The notes under the pieces were generated by a model. The model saw only the letters and a list, made by a program, of their open reading frames with translations. It had not been told where the DNA came from and made no database searches. Position numbers and translations under genes: made by a program. A stretch of DNA of 64,000 bases from Planctomycetota bacterium (GTDB lineage Bacteria > Planctomycetota > GCA-002687715 > CAIWVZ01): the NCBI GenBank assembly GCA_044222185.1, contig JBGANV010000006.1, positions 32,001-96,000 of the forward strand. The letters run 5' to 3'. Of this stretch, positions 1-8,523 are shown piece after piece (within the stretch, counting starts at the first letter, position 1; each line of letters begins with the position of its first letter).

Positions 1-72
1 GGCGCGAACCTGAGCTCGGCGATCGGAGCCCGAGCTGTCCACACGCGAAAGCCGGTCGTAAGATCCCCCCTC

Positions 73-720
73 ATGTTGGAGGCGCAGCACACGACCGCGG
101 TCGTCCAGCGATACCTGAGCGAGCTCGCCGACCTGCGGGGCGACGCGCCGGCCGAGCCGGTGATCCGCTCGCTCCTCGGCGCCGCGGTCCGGCGGCTTCA
201 TCTCCTGTGTGCCTCGCTTCTGCACCGCAGCTACCCGCGGCTGACCCGACCCCCGCTGAACCTGCACTCCGACGAGATGCTGAGCGCCGTCGTCGAGCGC
301 CTGCTGAAGGCCATGCGCGAGGTTCGTCCCGGCACCGTGCGGCAGTTCTTCGCGTTGGCGCACCAGCACATGCGCTGGGAGCTGAACGACCTGGCCCGCC
401 GCCTGGACGAACAGCCGCCTTCACTCGAGCTGCGCGAAGCCGTGGCGCCGACGCCCGAGAGCGGTCCGGTGAGCGTGAGCCCCGTCGCTCGCCGCATGCT
501 CGAGACCATCGAGGGCCTGCCGGAGGACGAACGCGAGACCTTCAGCCTGGTGCGGATCCAGGGCATGACGCAGGCGGATGCGGCGCGAATCCTCGGCGTC
601 TCGACGAAGACCGTTCAGCGACGCCTCAATCGGAGCCTGATCCTCCTGGCGGAGAAGCTCGGCGATCTGCGACCCGCGCCGGGGGCGGAGACGGCCGACG
701 GCTCGATCGGCGTCCCGTGA
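73..720 (+). CDS. ECF RNA polymerase sigma factor (planctomycete STK-associated type)
   Basis: Region 2-like (VVERLLKAM...FFALAHQHMRWELNDLAR) and region 4 HTH (LPEDERETFSLVRIQGMTQADAARILGVSTKTVQRRLNR); directly upstream of a Ser/Thr kinase. Confidence 0.9.
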   Translation: MLEAQHTTAVVQRYLSELADLRGDAPAEPVIRSLLGAAVRRLHLLCASLLHRSYPRLTRPPLNLHSDEMLSAVVERLLKAMREVRPGTVRQFFALAHQHMRWELNDLARRLDEQPPSLELREAVAPTPESGPVSVSPVARRMLETIEGLPEDERETFSLVRIQGMTQADAARILGVSTKTVQRRLNRSLILLAEKLGDLRPAPGAETADGSIGVP

Positions 721-764
721 ACGGCGACGGTGGCGAGCGTGCGAAGAACGGACGAGGCGTGCAG

Positions 765-3700
765 ATGGCCGAGGACGCGCGGTTGCGGAGGCTCGTCGAA
801 GAGGCCCTCGACTCGGGTCTCTCGCCCGAGCAGTTGTGTCGCGACTGCCCCGAGCTGCTGCCGGAACTGAAGTCCCGTTTGGCGGCGATCCGACGCGTCG
901 ACGCGCAGGTCGACGCCCTGTTTCCGTCGCCTACGTCGACGCCTTCCACGGAATCCCAGCCGGTCTCGCTGGTGGACGACGAGCTCCCGCAGATTCCCGG
1001 CTACGAGATCGAGGCGGTCCTGGGACGGGGCGGAATGGGCATCGTCTACAAGGCACGACAGGTCGGACTGAAGCGGTCCGTCGCGATCAAGATGCTGCTG
1101 GCCGGTCGGTTCGCCAGCGCGCGTGATCGCGTTCGATTCGAGACGGAGGCCGAGGTCGTCGCGGGCCTGCGTCACCCGAACATCGTCCAGATCTACGACG
1201 TGGGGACGAACGATGGGCGGCCGTACTTCACCATGGAGTTCATGGTCGGCGGCAGCCTGGCGGAGCGCCTCGCCCATGCGCCCCAGCCACCGGCGGAGGC
1301 GGCCGCGCTCCTCGTGACGCTCGCGCTCGCCGTCGATGCGGCGCATCAAAGCGGCGTGATCCACCGGGATCTCAAACCGTCGAACGTTCTGCTCGACGCC
1401 GACGGCACGGCGAAGGTCAGCGACTTCGGGCTGGCCGAGCGCGTCGATGCGAACTCGGGGTTCACGCCGAGTCTTACGGTGCTGGGGACGCCGAGCTACA
1501 TGGCGCCCGAGCAGGCCGATGGCGATCCCCGCGCGTCGGAGCCGACCGTCGACGTGTACGCGCTCGGCGCGATCCTCTACGAGATGTTGACGGGGAGGCC
1601 TCCGTACCCGCGCGGGACGAGGACGGCCCGCGAGCCGCGCGCCTTCACGCAAGACCCCGTGCCGCCATCGCGACTCAATCCGTCGGTTCCCAGAGACCTC
1701 GAGACCATCTGCCTCACGTGTCTGCGGGGGAAGCCCGAGCAGCGCTACCGCAGCGCCGGCGCGCTCGCGGCGGATCTCCGGCGGTTTCAGCGGGGGGAGC
1801 CCGTCGACGCCCGACCCGTGAGCGCGATCGAACGGCTGTGGAAGGCCGCGCGCCGCAACCCCGCGCGTGCGGGGCTCCTCGCCGCAACCGTGACGGTGCT
1901 CGCGGCGGGGATCTGGCTCGTCGCGTGGCTCGGCTGGCGGCGGTCGATCCTGGAGCGCGGCGTGAACGACGATCTCGTCGTCGTCGCGCAGCACGAGCGC
2001 GAGGCCCGTTGGGCGGATGCGCGCATGGTCCTCGAGCGCGCCAAGGCGCGGCTCGACGCCGGGGGCGGCGAAACCCTGCGGAACCGCCTGGAACGGGTCG
2101 ATCGCGATCTGGTCCTCGTCGCCACGCTCGAATCGATCCGCCTGCGTCGGCTCGTCGCGGTCGACGACGGGAAGCTGGACCCGCGCGCCAACCGTGGCTG
2201 GGCGGACGGGCGTTACGCCGCGGCATTCAGCGGTGCCGGTCTGGGGCAAGTCGGTGATGATCCAGACGCCGTCGCGAAGCGGCTCGCGTCGTCCGACATC
2301 CGCTTTGCGCTCGTCGCCGCGCTCGACGACTGGGCCGTGTGTGCCTCGCGTGACGAGGACAGGGCCCGGAGGACGTGGATCCTCGACGTGGCGCGGCGGG
2401 CGGATCCCGAGCCGTCGGCGTGGCGCGATCGGGCACGTGATGCGGCGAAGTGGACCGATCCCGCATTCCTCGAAGAGTTGTGTCGCACCGCCCCCAAGAC
2501 CGCGCGCGCCACCCCGCTCTGCTCGGGAGTGGCGGATCGGATCGTCTCCGCCGGGGGTGATGGGGCCCCGCTGCTGCTGCGGATCCAGGCGGATCACCCG
2601 GGTGACCTTTGGGCCAACATCGCGCTCGGCCTCGCGCTCGGCGAGCGCGACCCACGAGAGGCGCTTCGCTACTTCCAGGCCGCGTTGGCCATCCGGCCCG
2701 ACGTCGGCGTGACGCATCACAATCTGGGCACGGCGCTCGGAGTGCTCGGGCGATACGACGACGCGATCGCCGAACTGCGCGAGGCCGTTCGCATCGAACC
2801 CACGTGGGCCGAGTCCCATTCGAACCTGGTCAACGCGCTTCAGATGAAGGGACTGCTGGCTGAGGCCGTCGACGCCTATCACCTCGCCCTGGAGCTCGAA
2901 CCGGCGTCGGCGAACGTGCGCGCGAACCTCGGCAAGGCTCTCGTGGCGCTCGGACGGCCGAAGGATGCGCTCGTGGAATACCGCGAGGCGCTGCGACTCG
3001 CACCCGGTCGGAACCACGTGAGGCTCGGACTGGGGTTCACGCTGATGCGGCTCCACCGTCCAGCGGAAGCGAGCCTCGAGTTCGCGACGGTGGCACGCGT
3101 CGATCCGCGATCGCCGTCGGCACAGGTGGGACTGGGCGATGCGGCGATGGCGCAGGGGCGGCCGATCGAAGCCCAGCGAGCCTACGAGACGGCGCTCGCC
3201 CTGGGGCCCAACGACTCGGCCGCGAACGCAGGGATGAGCGAGGTCCTCAGGGCGCGCAGGCAACTCGGCGCCGCTCTCGAACACGGACTCACCGCGATCC
3301 GACTCGATGCCAGGAATGCGCAGGCGCACAACAGCTGTGGGATCACGCTCCAGATGATGGGGCGCCTCGACGAGGCCATGGCCCAATACCGCGCTGCGAT
3401 CGCCTTGGAGCCGCAGTTCTCCAGCGCCCATGCGAACCTCGGAAACGCGCTCGGCGATGCCTGCCGTCTGGAGGAGGCCGTCGAGAGCTTCCGCAAGGCG
3501 CGCGACATCGATCCCGAATCGGCGAACACGCACGCGGGACTCGCACAGGCCCTGCGTCTCCTCGGACGATTCGACGAGGCGCAAGCCGCCATGCGTCGCG
3601 GAGTCGAGCTGACTCCAGCGTCGCATCCAGCGCGGCGTCTCTACGAAGCCGAACTGCGGCGGCTCGATCGGCTCACGGCGCTCGCGGTGCGGCTGCCTGC

Positions 3701-4190
3701 GATCCTCGCCGGGCGCGACACGCCCGCGAATGAGGCCGAAGCGGTCGAGATCGCGGAGGTGTGTCGCCTGAAGGGCGCCGGCCTGGAGTCCGCGCGACGA
3801 TTCCGCGCGCTCTTCGAGAGCAACCCCGCACTCGTGGCAGACCCGCGCGACTCGAATCGCTTCCACGGTGCCTGCGCTGCGGTCGCCGCCGGCACGGCGG
3901 CCGCGGCGGATCCACCGCTGACCGAGGCGGAGCGAGCCGCATGGCGGCAGACGGCGAGAGCGTGGCTCGCGGCCGACCTGTCCGGCATGGCGGACAACGT
4001 CGATCTCGCCTCCGACGAATACCTCGCGTGGACGCGGCGCACGCTCGCCCAGTGGCTCGTCGACGGCGCGCTCGCCGGCATCCGGGACGACGCGGCTCTC
4101 GCGCGAATTCCGGCGGACGAGGTGCAGGCGTGTCGGGCTCTCTGGCGCGACGTGCAGGCGGTCCGAGAGCGTGCACGCGCTCCGGAATGA
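765..4190 (+). CDS. Hanks-type Ser/Thr protein kinase with TM segment and C-terminal TPR repeats
   Basis: LGRGGMGIVY, VAIKML, HRDLKPSN, DFG, GTPSYMAPE, DVYALG motifs; hydrophobic segment; many TPRs (HHNLGTAL, HANLGNAL). Start re-picked at ATG 765 (MAEDARL) after the sigma stop. Confidence 0.93.
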   Translation: MAEDARLRRLVEEALDSGLSPEQLCRDCPELLPELKSRLAAIRRVDAQVDALFPSPTSTPSTESQPVSLVDDELPQIPGYEIEAVLGRGGMGIVYKARQVGLKRSVAIKMLLAGRFASARDRVRFETEAEVVAGLRHPNIVQIYDVGTNDGRPYFTMEFMVGGSLAERLAHAPQPPAEAAALLVTLALAVDAAHQSGVIHRDLKPSNVLLDADGTAKVSDFGLAERVDANSGFTPSLTVLGTPSYMAPEQADGDPRASEPTVDVYALGAILYEMLTGRPPYPRGTRTAREPRAFTQDPVPPSRLNPSVPRDLETICLTCLRGKPEQRYRSAGALAADLRRFQRGEPVDARPVSAIERLWKAARRNPARAGLLAATVTVLAAGIWLVAWLGWRRSILERGVNDDLVVVAQHEREARWADARMVLERAKARLDAGGGETLRNRLERVDRDLVLVATLESIRLRRLVAVDDGKLDPRANRGWADGRYAAAFSGAGLGQVGDDPDAVAKRLASSDIRFALVAALDDWAVCASRDEDRARRTWILDVARRADPEPSAWRDRARDAAKWTDPAFLEELCRTAPKTARATPLCSGVADRIVSAGGDGAPLLLRIQADHPGDLWANIALGLALGERDPREALRYFQAALAIRPDVGVTHHNLGTALGVLGRYDDAIAELREAVRIEPTWAESHSNLVNALQMKGLLAEAVDAYHLALELEPASANVRANLGKALVALGRPKDALVEYREALRLAPGRNHVRLGLGFTLMRLHRPAEASLEFATVARVDPRSPSAQVGLGDAAMAQGRPIEAQRAYETALALGPNDSAANAGMSEVLRARRQLGAALEHGLTAIRLDARNAQAHNSCGITLQMMGRLDEAMAQYRAAIALEPQFSSAHANLGNALGDACRLEEAVESFRKARDIDPESANTHAGLAQALRLLGRFDEAQAAMRRGVELTPASHPARRLYEAELRRLDRLTALAVRLPAILAGRDTPANEAEAVEIAEVCRLKGAGLESARRFRALFESNPALVADPRDSNRFHGACAAVAAGTAAAADPPLTEAERAAWRQTARAWLAADLSGMADNVDLASDEYLAWTRRTLAQWLVDGALAGIRDDAALARIPADEVQACRALWRDVQAVRERARAPE

Positions 4191-4319
4191 CGGACGCCGC
4201 GAGCGCGGAAGTCTGAGCGGAGGGAGCCTATTCGGGCTCGCCGTCACTTCGCGCGACGCGGCGACGCTGAATGAGCTGCACGGCGATCTGCACGAAGGCC
4301 GTGCAGAAAGGGGCGCTTC

Positions 4320-4793
4320 ATGCGTTTCAAGACGAAGGATCTCCTCGTCACGGTGCTGCCGAAGGCTCAGCTCAATCCCGAGCTGATCAAGGCGTGCCTG
4401 TTCCACACGTTCGTATGTCGCCATCCGACTTTCGGATGCGCGCACTGCTCCCTGTTCGTCAGTTGCACGCCGTGCTCGCACCACGGCACGTGTTTCGGTT
4501 GCTCGATCGCCATCAGCAACGGCTGCTTCGGGAACTCCTGCGGACCGGGACACTCGGCGTGCGATCCCACCATCTTCTGCGGTGCGGGAACTCGCGACCC
4601 GTTCGTGATCCAGCACCTGGAGGATCTCATCACGCTGAAGGCGGACCTCCAGGACACCCTCAAGCAGCTCGACGCGATCCAGAAGGACGGGCTACCGAGC
4701 GCCATCACCTCGAAGGCGGACGCGGACGCCATGGAGAAGGGCCTGAGCGAAGCACTCGAGCAGGTCCGAGCGGCGAAGAAGGCGCTGAAGTAA
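4320..4793 (+). CDS. Putative RiPP (lanthipeptide-like) precursor: Cys/Ser/Thr-rich core plus helical C-terminal tail
   Basis: RBS-like AGAAAGGGG upstream; 12 Cys and 12 Ser/Thr in residues 26-87; no Cys elsewhere; co-oriented with lyase-like and kinase-LanC genes. Confidence 0.75.
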   Translation: MRFKTKDLLVTVLPKAQLNPELIKACLFHTFVCRHPTFGCAHCSLFVSCTPCSHHGTCFGCSIAISNGCFGNSCGPGHSACDPTIFCGAGTRDPFVIQHLEDLITLKADLQDTLKQLDAIQKDGLPSAITSKADADAMEKGLSEALEQVRAAKKALK

Positions 4794-4884
4794 TTGGAAC
4801 GCGCGGGTTCACGGACCCGCGAATGCCGTGCGGTCCGCGAAACGGGAGCGTCTCGCGGACCGCATCGCGCGTCGCGATTGCGAG

Positions 4885-6063
4885 ATGACCATGACACACG
4901 AACTTGCCGGAGAGCTCGCTCGTCGCCGCTTCCGCACGGGAAGCGCATTCGAGCTCGTTCTCGTCGACCGACTCCCGATCGAGGAGCAGGCCGCTCTGTC
5001 CGAACTGCGAAACGACCCCGAGTTCTACGGCGTGCTGCGACCGCGCGGGGATGGCGGGCGGACGGTGAAGGTCGTCGATCGCGACACGGCGTTGCTGTGG
5101 TTCACCCAGATGTCGCCGGGAGTCATGCCCGGCTTCGTGTGGCGTGAGGACCCGGTCGAGGCCGTCCGCGGTGTCACGCAGCTCGTGTTGGACGGCGTCT
5201 TCGAGATGGAGTGCGACGGGGCATTCGTGAGCGGACCGGATGCGGTGCGCCACTTCGCGGGCGCGCGGCGCCAAGGCCGCGTCGGGCGCCTGCAGCGCAT
5301 CGCGCTGGACGCGCTCGCGTACGCCGAGACGTTGCCGGCGGAAGACGGCCCGAGCCTCGCGAACCGGCTGTACGAGTACGGGCGCGTGCCGATCTCCCCG
5401 GAGTGGGCACGACGGCTTCCAAACGCAGACGCGGTCCTCGCCTACGTGGGCGCGGCGCCCGGCACCGACGTTCGAGGCCGGCTCGAGACCACCTGGGAGG
5501 CGCCCAAGGAAAGGACGCAGACGAGCTGGCTCATGTGGTCGTGCCGCCGGCGGTCGGATCTCGGCGCGCGCTCCGCGACGTTCAAGCTCTACGTGAGTCC
5601 GTCCGTCGAAGACCTGCCGCGTGCCTTCGCCGCGGTGCTCGCACTGCAGGCGAACCGGCCGATGCACTGGAAGATCGGAAGTGACGCCGCGGGACTCCTC
5701 CGCCCGGACAAGATGGTGCTCTACTTCGCGGACCAGGAACGGATGCTCGCGACCGCGGGCGAGCTCCAGGCGGCCCTGCGCGGAGCGACGCCGCACGGCG
5801 TGCCGTTCACCGCCGAAATCGCCGACGACGGCCTCCTGTCCTGGGGCATGGATCCGCCGATCGCCGAGCGCGTGCTCGCGTGGCAGGAGCCGGAGAGCTG
5901 GAGGCTGTGGGTCGTGCGGCGCCTGGCCGCGGCGTTGTGTTCCGCGCGCGGCGCGAACGCCTCGACGCTCCGGCCGGCGGAGTTCGCGCTCGAGCGGCTC
6001 CGACACGAAGGTGTGGACGTGGACGCGTGGACTCCATCCGTTTCGATCTGGCGCGCCGCCTGA
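4885..6063 (+). CDS. HopA1-like protein, putative phosphoSer/Thr lyase (LanY-like)
   Basis: C-terminal motifs FKLYVSP, WKIG, RPDKMVLYF, GVPFT, SWGMDPP, ESWR resemble the HopA1/phosphothreonine-lyase family. Start uncertain (4828 GTG, 4885 or 4891 ATG). Confidence 0.7.
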   Translation: MTMTHELAGELARRRFRTGSAFELVLVDRLPIEEQAALSELRNDPEFYGVLRPRGDGGRTVKVVDRDTALLWFTQMSPGVMPGFVWREDPVEAVRGVTQLVLDGVFEMECDGAFVSGPDAVRHFAGARRQGRVGRLQRIALDALAYAETLPAEDGPSLANRLYEYGRVPISPEWARRLPNADAVLAYVGAAPGTDVRGRLETTWEAPKERTQTSWLMWSCRRRSDLGARSATFKLYVSPSVEDLPRAFAAVLALQANRPMHWKIGSDAAGLLRPDKMVLYFADQERMLATAGELQAALRGATPHGVPFTAEIADDGLLSWGMDPPIAERVLAWQEPESWRLWVVRRLAAALCSARGANASTLRPAEFALERLRHEGVDVDAWTPSVSIWRAA

Positions 6064-6078
6064 GGCGGGAGTTTCAAC

Positions 6079-8505
6079 ATGGGTATCTCCTTGAACGGTC
6101 TGCTCGTCCTCGGCTCGGACGTCGTGCTCGTTCCCGTCACCGAACTGCCGGAGGACACACGCTCGCAGATCGAGTGCGAGGCCGGGGACTTCGCCGTCTC
6201 GCGCCCACAGGCGCGCGCGGGCTCGAAGATCGTGGACGCCGGAGCGGCAAGCCTGCTCGGTCGTTTCCGCGTGCCTCGGACGGTGTCGGAAGCCGTGATC
6301 CTGTTCTCCCGCGAGCACGCGCTCGAACCGGCGGACGTGCTCGACGGCGCGCACGAGCTCCTGCATGCTCTCGTGGATGGCGGCTTCCTCCTGAAGGCCG
6401 GTGACGAACCCGAGGGACCTCCCGTCGACGCGCACGCACCGGCCCATCCGGCAGGCAGCTCGCTCCTCGGTGGAACCGTAGTGCGCACGATCGACGTCCT
6501 CGACGACACGGAGATCCTCCTGCTCGATCGCGGGCGCAAGGCTCCGACGGTGGTGAAGATCGAACGCAGGCGCAGCGACGGCGTTTCCGACGACAGACCT
6601 GGTGGGGTGCGCGATCGCATCCGCCACGAAGTCGCCTACCTCACGCGGCTCGGGGGCGCCGGCGCTCCCGCGATCCTCGGATCCGGAGACTGCGACGGCC
6701 GTCTATGGATCGAGATGGGCTTCGTAGCCGGCGTGGACGCCGTCGCCGCCGCGACGGAGTGGCGTGATCGCGCGGGCGAGCGCGGACGAGCCATGCTCCT
6801 CGCGCTGATCCGCGTGATCGGACGCGCGTACTCGGATCTCCACCGACGCGGCGTGCTCCACGGCGACGTTCATCCGCGGAACCTGCTGGTCGACGATCGC
6901 GGCGCGGTGACGCTCATCGACTTCGGAGTCGCATCGACGATCGGAGACCCAAGAGATCTGCCACGACCTCACGGACGGGGCGGAATCCCGTTCTTCTTCG
7001 AGCCCGAGATGGCCTCGGCGGCGAGGCGCGGAGCCGCGGCGCCTCCACCGTCGGAGGCCGGCGAGCAGTACGCCGTGGCAGCGATGCTGTGGTTCCTCGC
7101 GGCCGGCGCGCACTGCCAGGATTACCGGCTCGGCCGGGACGAGATGCTGGATGACATCGCCACGGGTTCGTTGCGCACGTTCTCCGACCGGGGGGTGCCG
7201 GCATGGCCTGCGCTCGAGGCCGTGCTGCGCCGGGCGCTCGAGAAAGAACCGTCGATCCGATACCCGTCGATGGAAGCGTTCGCGCGCGCCCTCGACGGGG
7301 TCACCGGAGGCGGCACGCCGGCGCTGGCAGTGGAGCGGTCGGACCCGGTCGCGATCGTGACGGCGCGCGCGATCGAGAGCGCATCGGTCGGCGGACCGTG
7401 GATGCAGGGACCGTTCGAGGCGGCGCCGACGACGTCGATCACTTACGGCAGCGCGGGCGTGGCGCTCGGCTTGTTGCACATGGCGTGGAGTCGGCGTGAG
7501 AGTCGGTTGCTCTCGCTCGCGGATGCCTGGTCGCGTCGCGCCATTCACGAGATCGACGGCGCTGGCGCGTTCCACAATGAAGCGATCCAGATCACGCCGG
7601 AGATCGTGGGACGCGCGTCGCCATTCCATGCTCCGAGCGGCGTGCACGCCGTCTCCGCGCTGATCGCCACCGCATCCGGCGACCGGCAAGCGATCGCCGA
7701 CGCCGTTCGGCGATTCGCGGAGACCGCCGTGCGTCCCGCCGCTGGCCTGGACCTCGCCGTCGGACGTTCGAGCGTCGTGCTGGGAGCGGCGATCCTCCTG
7801 GACGCGCTCGGTGCGAATCCACAGCTGGATCCGAGCGAGCTCGTCCGGATCGGCGACGACGCCGTCGAAGCCGTCTGGCGCGAACTCGACGCGAAGCCGC
7901 CGATCTCGGACTCCGACATCCAGTATCCGGGGATCGCCCACGGCTGGGCGGGATACCTCTACGCGACGCTGTGGTGGTGCCGCATCCGGGGAATACCGGT
8001 CCCCGCGCGGGCGGAGCGGCGTCTGTTGCAGCTGGCGGCGCTCGCGATCCCCGTGGGACGCGGACTGGAATGGCCGTGGATCCTCCGCCGCGACGAAGGG
8101 CTGATGACGATGCCTGGGTGGTGCAACGGCACCTGCGGCTACGTATTCCTCTGGAACCTTGCACATCGACACTTCGGCGACGAACGATACGCCGCGCTCG
8201 CTCACGGGGCCGCGTCGCGGACATGGGAGTCGACCGAGGGCGTCGTCACGGTGTGCTGTGGCCTCGCGGGACGCGCGTATGCGCTCCTCAACCACCATCG
8301 GCACACGGGAGACGGGCTGTGGCTCGAACGTGCGCGTGACTTGACGCGACGCGCGTGTAGCGACGGCAGAATTCCCGCCGAGTATCCCCACGGTCTCTAC
8401 AAGGGCGAGTTCGGGCTCGCCGTGCTCGGTGCCGACTTGCAGCGGCCCGATGAGGCGCGCATGCCATTCTTCGAGCCGATCGGCTTCACGGATGCGGCCC
8501 GCTGA
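6079..8505 (+). CDS. Lanthionine synthetase-like fusion: PqqD/RRE-like N-terminus + Ser/Thr kinase + LanC cyclase
   Basis: Kinase VVKIE, HGDVHPRNLLV, LIDFG; LanC repeats SITYGSAG, DLAVGRSS, GIAHGWAG, GWCNGTCG, VCCGLAG, GLYKGEFG; GGGAG RBS upstream. Confidence 0.88.
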   Translation: MGISLNGLLVLGSDVVLVPVTELPEDTRSQIECEAGDFAVSRPQARAGSKIVDAGAASLLGRFRVPRTVSEAVILFSREHALEPADVLDGAHELLHALVDGGFLLKAGDEPEGPPVDAHAPAHPAGSSLLGGTVVRTIDVLDDTEILLLDRGRKAPTVVKIERRRSDGVSDDRPGGVRDRIRHEVAYLTRLGGAGAPAILGSGDCDGRLWIEMGFVAGVDAVAAATEWRDRAGERGRAMLLALIRVIGRAYSDLHRRGVLHGDVHPRNLLVDDRGAVTLIDFGVASTIGDPRDLPRPHGRGGIPFFFEPEMASAARRGAAAPPPSEAGEQYAVAAMLWFLAAGAHCQDYRLGRDEMLDDIATGSLRTFSDRGVPAWPALEAVLRRALEKEPSIRYPSMEAFARALDGVTGGGTPALAVERSDPVAIVTARAIESASVGGPWMQGPFEAAPTTSITYGSAGVALGLLHMAWSRRESRLLSLADAWSRRAIHEIDGAGAFHNEAIQITPEIVGRASPFHAPSGVHAVSALIATASGDRQAIADAVRRFAETAVRPAAGLDLAVGRSSVVLGAAILLDALGANPQLDPSELVRIGDDAVEAVWRELDAKPPISDSDIQYPGIAHGWAGYLYATLWWCRIRGIPVPARAERRLLQLAALAIPVGRGLEWPWILRRDEGLMTMPGWCNGTCGYVFLWNLAHRHFGDERYAALAHGAASRTWESTEGVVTVCCGLAGRAYALLNHHRHTGDGLWLERARDLTRRACSDGRIPAEYPHGLYKGEFGLAVLGADLQRPDEARMPFFEPIGFTDAAR

Positions 8506-8523
8506 CGGGCCGCGCGCTGGACG

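Noticed and set aside
207-764. N-terminal extension of the kinase ORF
   Set aside because: It overlaps the sigma gene out of frame; ATG 765 is the plausible start. Similar overextensions were trimmed for GH3, rpiA, DUF971 and others.
615-4616. Very long antisense/alternate-frame ORFs (also 4705-6627, 52331-55120, 59633-63475 and others)
   Set aside because: Shadow ORFs of real genes in high-GC DNA; Arg/Ala/Pro-rich with no motifs.
4320-4793. Precursor as a multiheme cytochrome or ferredoxin
   Set aside because: The motifs are CxxCS, not CxxCH, and there is no CxxCxxCxxxC. The kinase/LanC context favours a RiPP substrate; a metal-binding role is not fully excluded.
4885-6063. Type III secretion effector HopA1
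   Set aside because: No T3SS genes in the window; its position between a precursor and a kinase-LanC fits a RiPP lyase.
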